From: Deltaproteobacteria bacterium
GTDB lineage: Bacteria > Desulfobacterota > Binatia > UBA12015
Length of the DNA: 64,000 nt
NCBI GenBank assembly: GCA_029262355.1
Contig: JAJCZO010000416.1
Span: 74,973 to 138,972 of the forward strand
Direction of reading: 5' to 3'
Shown one piece after another: positions 9,921 through 18,392 of this stretch (positions are counted from its first letter, which is position 1; each line of letters begins with the position of its first letter). A program made the position numbers and the translations under genes. The notes below the pieces were generated by a model. It had not been told where the DNA came from. It worked only from the letters and a program-made list of their open reading frames with translations, and ran no database searches.

Positions 9921-12900
9921 ATGTCCCGCTTCTTCGTTGATCGCCCGATCGTGGCGATGGTCATCTCGATCCTGATGACCCTCGTGGGGGTGGTGTCGAT
10001 GGCCGGCCTGCCCATCTCGCAGTTCCCGAACATCGCGCCGCCCGAGATCCAGCTGTTGGCGACTTACGTCGGCGCGGACGCGATCACGGTCGAAGATGCC
10101 GTATCGACGCCGATCGAGCAGCAGATGAGCGGTGTGGACGGCATGATCTACATGTACTCCACCAACGCGAGCAACGGGCAGGGCACCCTTCGCGTCGACT
10201 TCGAGGTCGGCAGTGACGCAAACATCGACCAGGTGCTGACCCAGATGCGGTATCAGCAGGCGGAGTCCCAGCTGCCCACGGCCGTAAAGGACTTCGGCGT
10301 CACGATCAAAAAATCGACGTCGAGCCCGCTCGCTCTTTTCTCGATCTACTCCCCGAACGGCACGTACGACGCGAAGTTTCTCTCGAACTACGCCTACATC
10401 AACATCAACGATCCGATGACCCGAGTCCCGGGCATCGGTCAGGTCTCGATCTTCGGCGCAGGTCAGTATGCGATGCGCTTCTGGGTGAAGCCCGATGTGC
10501 TCGCCGAGATGGGGATCACGGTCACCGACCTGATCGACGCGCTGCAGACGCAGAACACGGTCAACCCCGCGGGGCAGGTCGGAGCCGAACCCGTCCCACC
10601 GGGGCAAGAGTTTACGTACACCGTCAAAGCGCAGGGGCGTCTGAAGACGCCCGAGGAGTTCGGCGACGTCGTCGTGCGGGCCAACCCGGATGGCTCTCTG
10701 GTGACGATGAAGGACGTCGCACGGATCGAGCTCGGCGCACAGAACTACGCCGTCATTGGTCGTCTGAATGCCAAGCCCGCTGCAATCGTCGCGATCTACC
10801 AAGACCCGGGTTCGAACGCGATCGATACGATGAACGAAGCCACCGCCTTGATGGAGGAGATGAAGGCGCGTTTCCCGTCGGATCTCGAGTACACGATCTC
10901 CTTGGATACGACGCAGGCGGTGCGCGAGGGCATGAAGGAGATCGTCCAGACGCTCTTCGAAGCGCTCGCGCTCGTGATTCTCGTCGTCTTCGTGTTCCTG
11001 CAGGGCTGGCGGGCCACTTTGATCCCGTTGCTGGCCGTTCCCGTCGCACTTGTCGGCACGTTCGCGATCTTCCCGCTGCTTGGGTTCTCGATCAACACAC
11101 TCTCGCTGTTCGGACTGGTCCTCGCGATCGGGCTGGTCGTCGACGACGCGATCGTCGTGGTCGAAGCGGTCGAGCTTCATATCGAGAAGGGGCTGTCGGC
11201 GCGCGACGCTACCCTGAAGGCGATGGAAGAGGTGACCGGCCCGATCGTGGCAACGTCTTTGATCCTCGCCGCCGTATTCGTGCCGACCGCGTTCATCCCC
11301 GGCATCACGGGTCGGCTGTATCAGCAGTTCGCGGTGACGATCGCGGTGTCGGTGCTGATCTCGACCTTCAATGCACTGACGTTGAGCCCGGCCTTGTCGG
11401 CAATGCTGCTTCGTCCCAGGCAAGAGATGACGGGAATCCTGGGACGCTTCTTTGGGTCGTTCAATACGTGGTTCGCCCGCGCGACCGACGGCTACGTGCG
11501 CTGGTCGCACACCCTGATTCGCAAGGCCGGCCTTTCGATGCTGTTCCTCGCGGTCATCGGCCTCGCCGGCGGCTTCCTGGGTTCGCGCCTTCCTACCGGG
11601 TTCGTGCCCGAGGAAGATCAGGGCTACCTCTTTGCGAACGTACAGCTTCCGGATGCTGCATCGATGCAGCGCAGTGATGCCGTCTGTCGTCGCGTCGAGA
11701 AGATCCTTGCGGATACGCCGGGCGTCGCGAGCTACAATACGGTCGTGGGCTTCAGCCTGCTGAGTCAGGTGAACACGACGTACTCGGGTTTCTTCTTCAT
11801 CACCCTCGAGCCTTGGGACGAGCGAGATCCGAAGGGACTCGACGCCAAGACGATCATGCGGGACCTGAACGTGCGCCTCGCCAAGGAAGTGCCCGAAGCG
11901 CAGGCCATGTCGTTCTCGCCCCCGGCCATCCCGGGCATCGGAACCTCGGGGGGCGTGACGTTCGTTCTCGAGGACACGTCCGGCGGTACCGTCGAGATGC
12001 TGGCGGAGAACACGAACACGTTCCTTGCGGCGCTGCGTAAACGACCCGAGTTCGCCCACGTCGGCACGACGTTCATTCCGGACACTCCGCAGATCTTCGC
12101 TGACGTCGATCGCGACAAGGTGCTCAAGCAGGGAGTCGCTCTCTCGGACGTCTATCAGACCCTGCAGGCGTTCATGGGCGGCGTGTTCGTGAACTACTTC
12201 AACCGGTTTGGGCGGACGTGGCAGGTCTACGTTCAGGCCGAAGGTGAGTACCGAACCAAGGCGTCTGACGTCGATCTGTTCTACGTGCGGAACTCCAAGA
12301 ACGAGATCGTACCGCTCGAGACGTTCGTCACGATGAAGAAGACCTACGGGCCTGAGTTTACGTTGCGCTTCAACGAGCACCGTTCCGCCCAGATCAACGG
12401 CACCCTTTGGCCGTGGATCAGCTCGGGGCAGGGCATGGAGATCTTCGAAGAGGTCTTCGCGCAGACCATGCCGCCCACGATGGGCTTCGACTACATGGGC
12501 ATGTCGTACCAGGAGAAGGAGGCGTCCGAGGGCGTATCGCCGGCCTTCATCTTTGGCTTGTCGTTACTCGCGGTGTTCCTGATCCTGGCTGCGCTGTACG
12601 AAAGCTGGGCGCTTCCCTTCAGTGTGCTGCTGGCGACGCCCATCGCGGTCTTCGGGGCGTTTCTCGCGCTGGCGGCACGAATGCTCGTGAACGACATCTA
12701 CGCGCAGATCGGCCTGGTGATGCTGGTAGGGCTCGCGGCAAAGAACGCGATCCTGATCGTCGAGTTCGCACGCGGCAAGCTCGACGAAGGGGAGACCGTG
12801 GTCAATGCCGCGCTCGACGGAGCGCGGCTGCGGTTGCGGCCCATCATGATGACAGCTTTCGCGTTCATTCTCGGCGTCTTGCCGCTGGTGATCGCGACGG

Positions 12901-13076
12901 GCTCCGGCGCCGTCTCGCGCCGTATTCTCGGGACGGCGGTCATGGGCGGAATGGCCGCATCGACGCTGATCGGGATTTTCCTCGTCCCGGTGTCGTTCTA
13001 CGTCGTAGAGAGTTATCGCGAGAAGAAGGCCGAGAAGCAGGCGGGGGAGTCCGGCCCCGAGGACGGCACGTCATGA
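9921..13076 (+). CDS. efflux RND transporter permease subunit (HAE1/AcrB-MexB family)
   Basis: 1051 aa and 12-TM architecture with two large periplasmic loops. Conserved AcrB-family motifs throughout (e.g. FFVDRPIVAMVISILM, AIGLVVDDAIVVVE). ATG follows immediately after the adaptor stop. Confidence 0.92.
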   Translation: MSRFFVDRPIVAMVISILMTLVGVVSMAGLPISQFPNIAPPEIQLLATYVGADAITVEDAVSTPIEQQMSGVDGMIYMYSTNASNGQGTLRVDFEVGSDANIDQVLTQMRYQQAESQLPTAVKDFGVTIKKSTSSPLALFSIYSPNGTYDAKFLSNYAYININDPMTRVPGIGQVSIFGAGQYAMRFWVKPDVLAEMGITVTDLIDALQTQNTVNPAGQVGAEPVPPGQEFTYTVKAQGRLKTPEEFGDVVVRANPDGSLVTMKDVARIELGAQNYAVIGRLNAKPAAIVAIYQDPGSNAIDTMNEATALMEEMKARFPSDLEYTISLDTTQAVREGMKEIVQTLFEALALVILVVFVFLQGWRATLIPLLAVPVALVGTFAIFPLLGFSINTLSLFGLVLAIGLVVDDAIVVVEAVELHIEKGLSARDATLKAMEEVTGPIVATSLILAAVFVPTAFIPGITGRLYQQFAVTIAVSVLISTFNALTLSPALSAMLLRPRQEMTGILGRFFGSFNTWFARATDGYVRWSHTLIRKAGLSMLFLAVIGLAGGFLGSRLPTGFVPEEDQGYLFANVQLPDAASMQRSDAVCRRVEKILADTPGVASYNTVVGFSLLSQVNTTYSGFFFITLEPWDERDPKGLDAKTIMRDLNVRLAKEVPEAQAMSFSPPAIPGIGTSGGVTFVLEDTSGGTVEMLAENTNTFLAALRKRPEFAHVGTTFIPDTPQIFADVDRDKVLKQGVALSDVYQTLQAFMGGVFVNYFNRFGRTWQVYVQAEGEYRTKASDVDLFYVRNSKNEIVPLETFVTMKKTYGPEFTLRFNEHRSAQINGTLWPWISSGQGMEIFEEVFAQTMPPTMGFDYMGMSYQEKEASEGVSPAFIFGLSLLAVFLILAALYESWALPFSVLLATPIAVFGAFLALAARMLVNDIYAQIGLVMLVGLAAKNAILIVEFARGKLDEGETVVNAALDGARLRLRPIMMTAFAFILGVLPLVIATGSGAVSRRILGTAVMGGMAASTLIGIFLVPVSFYVVESYREKKAEKQAGESGPEDGTS

Positions 13077-14512
13077 GCCTGCGTCGCGCGGTCGCAGCCG
13101 CATTGACGCTGGCGCTCATGGGTTGCCCCGTCGGGCCAGACTACGAACCGCCGGAGATTCATTCGCCCGAGGAGTTTCGGGCGGTCGTGCCCCCCCATCG
13201 GGCCGAATCTCTGGCCGATCTGCCGTGGTGGGATCTGTTCGAAGATCCAGGTCTCCAGCAGCTCGTGTCGCGTGCGATCGAAGGGAACTACGACCTGCGC
13301 GCCGCCGCGGCTCGCGTCCGGCAATCCTCCGCGTTCGTCGGCGTGGCGCGGTCCGAACTCCTCCCCCAGGTGGGTTATGATGGGAGCGGCGCGCGCCAAC
13401 AGTCCGTGATCGTTCCGACCCTACCGCCGCAGACGTTCAACCTCTTCAGCGGCGCGTTCAATCTCGCATGGGAGATCGACCTCTGGGGCCGCATCCGACG
13501 CGCGACCGAGGCCGCGGAGGCGGGCCTCCTCGCCACCGAGGAGGCGCAGCGCGGCATCCTGTTGTCCTTGGTGAGCGGCGTGGCCGAGGCCTACTTCCGA
13601 TTGATCGAGCTCGATGCGGAGCTCGCCATCTCGCGCTCGACCGTAGGGTCGTTTCAAAAATCGCTCGATCTCTTCAACCGTCGTTACAAAGGCGGCGTGG
13701 GGTCGGACCTGGCCGTCGCGCGCGCCGAGGCCGCGCTGGCGAACGTCGCAGCGACGATTCCCGCGCTCGAAACGCAGGTCGTGACGACGGAGAACGAGAT
13801 CAACCTACTCTTGGGTCGCGAACCGGGTCCGGTGCCTCGTGGCCGAGTGCTCACGGCGCAGCAGACGCCGCCCACGATCCCAGCCGGTCTCCCGTCGGAG
13901 CTTCTGACCCGCCGGCCCGACCTGCGCCAAGCGGAGGATCGCATCCGTGCGGCCAACGCGGAGATCGGTGTGTCGGTGGCGAATTTCTTCCCGCGTATCG
14001 GCCTCTCGAGTCTCTATGGCTCGAGTTCGACCGATCTGTCGGACATGCTGAACGGCACTTTCGGCGTCTGGGGAATCGCCGCTCAGATCACCGGCCCGAT
14101 CTTCACGGGTGGGCGCAACTACGAGCAGTACCAGGCGCAGGTCGCCGCGTGGGAGACCGAGGTCGCGCTGTATGAACAAGCCGTTCTGCAGGCCTTCTCA
14201 GAGGTCTCGAACGTGCTCACGGCGCAGCAGAACCTCATCCAGGAGCGCGCCGCCACCCAACGCGAGGTGGACGCGCTGAAGCGATCGGTGCATCTCTCCT
14301 TTCTGCGCTACGACATCGGCCTCGCCGACTATTTCGAGGTCCTCGAAGCGCAGCAGCAGCTGTTCCCCGCCGAGCTCGACCTCGCCCGCGTGGAGCGCGA
14401 CCAGCTGCTGGCGGTAGCACGGCTGTACCGCGCGCTCGGAGGAGGCTGGGAACTCGAGATGGCCGACTGGCAGTGGCCGAAGCCGACGCCCAGTCCGTCA
14501 CCGTCGTCGTAG
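13073..14512 (+). CDS. efflux transporter outer membrane factor, NodT/OprM/TolC family lipoprotein
   Basis: ATGA overlap with the RND pump stop. Lipoprotein signal with lipobox (LMGC). Two OEP repeats and the conserved proximal motif (CPVGPDYEPP). The upstream extension of the ORF to 12407 is rejected. Confidence 0.85.
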   Translation: MSLRRAVAAALTLALMGCPVGPDYEPPEIHSPEEFRAVVPPHRAESLADLPWWDLFEDPGLQQLVSRAIEGNYDLRAAAARVRQSSAFVGVARSELLPQVGYDGSGARQQSVIVPTLPPQTFNLFSGAFNLAWEIDLWGRIRRATEAAEAGLLATEEAQRGILLSLVSGVAEAYFRLIELDAELAISRSTVGSFQKSLDLFNRRYKGGVGSDLAVARAEAALANVAATIPALETQVVTTENEINLLLGREPGPVPRGRVLTAQQTPPTIPAGLPSELLTRRPDLRQAEDRIRAANAEIGVSVANFFPRIGLSSLYGSSSTDLSDMLNGTFGVWGIAAQITGPIFTGGRNYEQYQAQVAAWETEVALYEQAVLQAFSEVSNVLTAQQNLIQERAATQREVDALKRSVHLSFLRYDIGLADYFEVLEAQQQLFPAELDLARVERDQLLAVARLYRALGGGWELEMADWQWPKPTPSPSPSS

Positions 14513-14564
14513 AGCCCTGGACCGCAACTGGCCGGTTCCGCTAAAGCCATGTCTCGTTCCCAGA

Positions 14565-14638
14565 GCCCCCGTAGCTCAGTTGGATAGAGCGCAGGATTCC
14601 TAATCCTGAGGCCGCGTGTTCGAGCCACGCCGGGGGCA
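14565..14638 (+). tRNA. tRNA-Arg (anticodon CCT)
   Basis: Cloverleaf read directly: acceptor GCCCCCG/CGGGGGC, D-arm GCTC-AGTTGGATA-GAGC, anticodon arm CAGGA-TTCCTAA-TCCTG (anticodon CCT), T-arm GCGTG-TTCGAGC-CACGC, discriminator A. No encoded CCA. Coordinates +/-2 nt. Confidence 0.85.
14596..14638 (+). repeat. attL: island-proximal copy of the 43-nt tRNA-Arg 3'-end direct repeat
   Basis: Bases ATTCCTAATCCTGAGGCCGC and CGGGGGCA are identical to the copy at 24556..24598; the T-stem differs (CGTG/CACG versus CTGG/CCAG). Confidence 0.75.
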
Positions 14639-14654
14639 GTGTAAAATCAAGTAC

Positions 14655-15737
14655 TTACGTTTTTGACGGCTTCGGCATCGGAACGATTTGCCCCGTTTTT
14701 GCCCCGTTTCCATCGGTGACGCGCCCGGCGGCGCGCCGGAGGTCGTCTTCGTTGATGACGTTGTATCGCTCGAAGACCGTGCGCGTGCGCCAGCCGCCTA
14801 TCTTCATGATGACTGCTTCGCTCTCGCCGCTGCGGCGGTAATTGCGAGCCATGGTGCGCCGAAAATCGTGCGGTCGTCGACCCGGCACACCGGCGCGCTC
14901 ACAGGCGCGTCGCCAGACCTTGTAGGGGAAGAACTCGACGGGCTTGCCGTCCCGGTGGAAGACTCGCGAAATGATCGCGTTCTTCTGACGCTCGACCGCG
15001 CTGGTGCGGTCGCGCCACCGCTTGATGACGTCGAGCGCTTCGACAGGCAGGTAGACGAGCCTGCCGTCCTTGTTCTTGGTCGTCCCGATCCCGAGTCGGA
15101 TCGTCCCGGCTTCGAGGTCGACCTGTCGCCACTCAAGGCGAAGTAGCTCGCTGCGCCGGAACCCTACCCAATACGCCACCGTAACGAGGGGCCGAAGGAA
15201 GTTGTCGGGAAGCTCGGCGAGCAAGCTATCGAACTCCGCGCGCTCGAAGAACACCTCGCGGGCGTTGTTGACGCTGATGGAAGGGAAGGGAGGTACGCGA
15301 AAGAGTTTTCCCGCTTTGAAGCCCACGCGGAACGCCCTTCGGAGACAGGCCAACTCGCGTTGCAACGTGGCGGGCTTCGCCTTCTCTGCAAGGCGTTGCT
15401 CAACGTAGTGCGTGAGCCGCGTCATGGTCACGGCCAAAGCCAGGTCGCTGCCAAAGACGGGTTTTAGGTGTGCCCAGCGCTGGATGACGTCCCTCTCGTT
15501 GAAACCGTTCACGCGGTAGTTGCGGCGGAGGTCCTCGATCAGCTCGGAGACGCGGGTCTTCGCAGCGTTCGGCTCGTAGAGCCCCTGGCGCATTTCCACT
15601 AGCCGCTTGTCACGCATCTCCTTTGCCTCCTTGCGCGACTTTGCGTTGGTGGGTTCCTCCCGACGCTTTCCGTTTCCCAGCGGAAGGCGAATGTACCACA
15701 CGGTGCCTCGGAGCCTCACTCCGTCGCGGCGCTTCAT
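14655..15737 (-). CDS. int: site-specific tyrosine integrase (phage/P4-type)
   Basis: 360 aa. N-terminal SAM-like/core-binding region. Catalytic residues in HDFRRTMARNYRRSG and the Tyr nucleophile region IGGWRTRTVFERYN. Lies 16 nt from the tRNA-Arg 3' end. Confidence 0.9.
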   Translation of the reverse strand: MKRRDGVRLRGTVWYIRLPLGNGKRREEPTNAKSRKEAKEMRDKRLVEMRQGLYEPNAAKTRVSELIEDLRRNYRVNGFNERDVIQRWAHLKPVFGSDLALAVTMTRLTHYVEQRLAEKAKPATLQRELACLRRAFRVGFKAGKLFRVPPFPSISVNNAREVFFERAEFDSLLAELPDNFLRPLVTVAYWVGFRRSELLRLEWRQVDLEAGTIRLGIGTTKNKDGRLVYLPVEALDVIKRWRDRTSAVERQKNAIISRVFHRDGKPVEFFPYKVWRRACERAGVPGRRPHDFRRTMARNYRRSGESEAVIMKIGGWRTRTVFERYNVINEDDLRRAAGRVTDGNGAKTGQIVPMPKPSKT

Positions 15738-15916
15738 CGGTGGCCTCCTCTCTTTCGTAGGAACTCCGCGACCGCTTTGCGGATCAGGTCTCTGACGTTC
15801 GAATCTTCGTCGACCGCCAAGTGGCGAAGACTGCGGTACATGTCGCGTTCCAGCGAAACGGTGGTCGTCACCATGTCCGTGGCCTTCTTCTTGCCTGGGC
15901 GCCGCTTCGTCGCCAT
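15734..15916 (-). CDS. ribbon-helix-helix (CopG/Arc-like) DNA-binding protein, possible excision/regulatory factor
   Basis: 60 aa, basic N-terminus, then a predicted beta-strand followed by two helices (VSLERDMYRSLRHLAVDEDSNVRDLIRKAVAEFL). 4-nt overlap with the integrase start. Confidence 0.55.
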   Translation of the reverse strand: MATKRRPGKKKATDMVTTTVSLERDMYRSLRHLAVDEDSNVRDLIRKAVAEFLRKRGGHR

Positions 15917-15947
15917 TGCCGTATGATAGTATGCTAGTACGCTCGTA

Positions 15948-16157
15948 TCAACGAGCAGATACGGATTCGCCGTAGGCAGGAAGGTTCAGGAGAAACTTCT
16001 CGACGTCGCGCCTGAGCCAGAGGGGTTGTCCGAGGAGACTTCGGCCGGGAGGCAGGTCGTCAGTGTGATGATCAACCCAGCTCCTCGACCGCCCCAGCAT
16101 GCGTGCGACCTGGGCGCTATCCAAGAGACGCTCTCCGTGATCGCCCTGGCAGCCCAT
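15948..16157 (-). CDS. AlpA/excisionase-family helix-turn-helix (HTH_17-like) protein
   Basis: HTH segment LLDSAQVARMLGRSRSWVDHH. The roughly 70-aa size matches AlpA/Xis-type proteins of P4-like elements. The ATG at 16157 is preferred over the TTG-initiated 137-aa version (15948..16361). Confidence 0.5.
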   Translation of the reverse strand: MGCQGDHGERLLDSAQVARMLGRSRSWVDHHTDDLPPGRSLLGQPLWLRRDVEKFLLNLPAYGESVSAR

Positions 16158-16593
16158 AGTTCCTGAGGAGATGTGGAGTCGGAGAGCCTCGCGGAGCACC
16201 TGAAATCTGGCGATGGTCGCGTCACAGTCCGAGAGCAGGTGAGCAGCCACTGCCGGCGGCAGTCTCGCGACGCCCTCCGGCCGCTCCGCGATCTCATCGA
16301 GGCTCGGCACTGGTCGAAGGTCACTCACTGAATCAGCTCGATCCAGCACGAGCCCGCACAATCTCCTGCGACACGCAGCCCGATCTGCGCCAGGGAGCCC
16401 CGCTCTGCTCGCGTTCGAGGTACTCGCCCACCGTCTGGGGTTCTAATCAGCCCGACGGATCGTGATCGGCAGCACCCTGGCGCATCACGGCTTTGGAGAG
16501 CGCCGAGCGCATCGGTCGAGAGAAGCGCCTTGCTCACCCCCAGGGACTCGGCTCGACGGGGCCTTTTGCCTACTTCTCCTGCTTCTCCGGCGC

Positions 16594-17097
16594 TCACGAG
16601 GCGAGCCACACTCTCACGCCCGTCCGGCGAAGCTCCGCGAGCACCGCCTCCAGCTCCTCGGCTAGTCGTTCCACCCCTGCGTCGTCGTCAGCGTAGAGCC
16701 GGTTCATCGCGGCGACAGCCACCAGCGCCCTGGCCACGAGGTCGGGGCGGTCGGTCGAAGGGGGTGCGTCCCCTGCGACGCGGAAGGGGCCGTCGTCGTC
16801 GAGCGTCCAGACCCACGGCTCGGCCGGGCCGTGGACCATCTCGGCGTTGATCTCGTCGGCAGCCCTGCGGTCGGCCTCGTCGGGCGTGAGTCCCTCGGCC
16901 GCCTCCAGCAGCGCGGCTCGGGCGGCCCACCGGGAGAACACCCAAGGAGGCCAGTCCGACGGGTCCGGGCCGAGGGCTCCCGCCTCCAGGCCGCCCCCGT
17001 CGTGACGGGGAGTCTCGGGGCTCGGCGCCACAGCCTGCGGGGCCGAGGCCAGCCCCCTTTCGGCGATGATCTTCTGAGCGAGCGCGAGGTAGCTCAC
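16594..17097 (-). CDS. hypothetical protein (island cargo), about 167 aa from a putative GTG start
   Basis: Open frame with high third-position GC. Start chosen at the GTG preceded by AGGGGG; the longer ORF (to 17226) would read through a strongly structured intergenic element. No recognisable domain. Confidence 0.35.
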   Translation of the reverse strand: MSYLALAQKIIAERGLASAPQAVAPSPETPRHDGGGLEAGALGPDPSDWPPWVFSRWAARAALLEAAEGLTPDEADRRAADEINAEMVHGPAEPWVWTLDDDGPFRVAGDAPPSTDRPDLVARALVAVAAMNRLYADDDAGVERLAEELEAVLAELRRTGVRVWLAS

Positions 17098-17209
17098 GGC
17101 CGAACCCCCTGCAGGAAAAGCAGGGAAAGGGGGCGAAAGCCCCTCCGAGGTGACCCGTTGCCTGCTTTTCTTGCCTTGCAGGCAGCCCCCGCGCCGTCCC
17201 ACCGGGGGG
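17098..17209. other. structured intergenic element: nested GC-rich hairpins (inner GGGGC-GAAA-GCCCC stem-loop within a roughly 16-bp interrupted stem, plus a flanking CCCCC...GGGGG hairpin)
   Basis: Read directly: CCTGCAGGAAAAGCAGG ... GGGGGCGAAAGCCCC ... CCTGCTTTTCTTGCCTTGCAGG, then CCCCCGCGCCGTCCCACCGGGGGG. Lies between the stop of the DUF3987-like gene and the start of the downstream hypothetical gene. Confidence 0.4.
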
Positions 17210-18388
17210 TCATGACTGCGACCCATCCCTGCTCTTGCGCCGCTCCAGGATCTCGACGGGGCGGCCTCCCGTGGGCTCGACGCGCACGCGCCACTCGGGC
17301 GAGCTGGTGAGCACCTGGATCGCTTTGTTCAGGTTCGCGGCCGAGATCCGGTCACCGAAGAGGGTCTCACGGATCCCTGAGCGGGACATCTCCCCGCCGG
17401 GCGGGATGGCCTCGGCGATCCGGTCGGCGTCGCGGTTGCCGGACCGACCGGAGAACACGGTGCGCACGCTGGCCTCGCAGTAGTCCCAGACCGCCAGCGC
17501 GGACTCCAGGTGGGGGACGTCGATCTCGGCCCGGCCGTCGAGCAGCGCATACAGGAGCGAGAGGCGAAGCACGTGGGCCTCGGCTCGGGCGAGCAGGTCT
17601 CCGATCAGCCCTGGGCGGTCGGCGGACAGCTCCGCGTACATGCCGCGCCACAGGTGGTCGGCGGCTGGCGTGCGCCGCACAACTCCCAGCAACTTGGCAG
17701 CGTCCAGGGCCTCGCGGGTGCGCCGGCCCAATTCGTCACGCTCGTGCTGGGGCACCACCCCAGGCGAGGGGAGCAGCTTGCCCCGCGTCACGAGCACCAC
17801 GAGGAAGCGGTTTCCCAGTCCGTTGGCCGCGTCGGTGTCCGACAGGTACCTCTCCAGGTCGGCGAGGGTCGAGTGCGCGATTACGGCGATGTGAGCACCA
17901 GTCGCGCGGGTCGGCGAGTTCTTCGTCAGGGTGCCTAGGCTCTCATCCCCATCCCAGACGGCGCGCAGTACGGGCGACAACGTGTTGCCGTCCCGTTGCA
18001 TTGCCTTCAGAGCCCCGGCAAATTCCGATTCGCTCACCAGTAGGCGCTTGTCGTCCACGCCGGGGTCTACGACTTCCATTTCGCCCTTCTTGTTCGGTCG
18101 CTCGATCTTGTCGCGAACGGAATGGATCAACCCCTCGCCGGACGAGAGGCCCGACGACACCAGTAGCGTGGGGTCGGCATCCTGCACGGTGCGCAGCGCG
18201 ACTTTCTTGCTGTCCCCCTTCCGTGCTCGCGCCGACTTGCCGACCAACAGCAGCGACTCATTCGTGTAGTGGCGTGTTTCCCCGACGCACACGTGCGCTG
18301 TTCGCCCCACGGCCGCTCCGAACGCGACCAAGAACTGCAGCAGGATCGCTGCCGGTGCTGCCTCGGTGTACGGCAGGTAGGCTCGCAC
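17210..18388 (-). CDS. DUF3987/YfjI-like protein (primase-associated family typical of P4-like integrative elements)
   Basis: 392 aa. N-terminal hydrophobic segment followed by a GKS-containing region (LLVGKSARARKGDSKK). The size and this region resemble DUF3987. Gene context (integrase + AlpA) matches CP4-57/P4-like islands. Assignment is by pattern memory, not a database search. Confidence 0.4.
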   Translation of the reverse strand: MRAYLPYTEAAPAAILLQFLVAFGAAVGRTAHVCVGETRHYTNESLLLVGKSARARKGDSKKVALRTVQDADPTLLVSSGLSSGEGLIHSVRDKIERPNKKGEMEVVDPGVDDKRLLVSESEFAGALKAMQRDGNTLSPVLRAVWDGDESLGTLTKNSPTRATGAHIAVIAHSTLADLERYLSDTDAANGLGNRFLVVLVTRGKLLPSPGVVPQHERDELGRRTREALDAAKLLGVVRRTPAADHLWRGMYAELSADRPGLIGDLLARAEAHVLRLSLLYALLDGRAEIDVPHLESALAVWDYCEASVRTVFSGRSGNRDADRIAEAIPPGGEMSRSGIRETLFGDRISAANLNKAIQVLTSSPEWRVRVEPTGGRPVEILERRKSRDGSQS

Positions 18389-18392
18389 TACA

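Noticed and set aside
8519-9940. 473-aa plus-strand ORF overlapping the efflux adaptor gene in another frame
   Set aside because: The translation is almost pure Arg/Gly/Pro/Asp low complexity. The adaptor frame has clear family motifs and a lipoprotein signal.
9783-12380. 865-aa minus-strand ORF antisense to the RND pump gene
   Set aside because: Antisense shadow ORF of a 3.1-kb high-GC gene with no domain content. The RND frame is unambiguous.
12407-13072. Upstream extension of the outer-membrane-factor ORF (701-aa version)
   Set aside because: The extension overlaps the RND pump 3' end in another frame. The ATG at 13073 gives an ATGA overlap and a proper lipoprotein signal.
16325-16609. 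94-aa minus-strand ORF in the island gap (plus overlapping plus-strand ORFs 16462..16850)
   Set aside because: Mutually overlapping, Arg/Gly/Ala-rich, no RBS or motifs. Treated as non-coding spacer (see finding).
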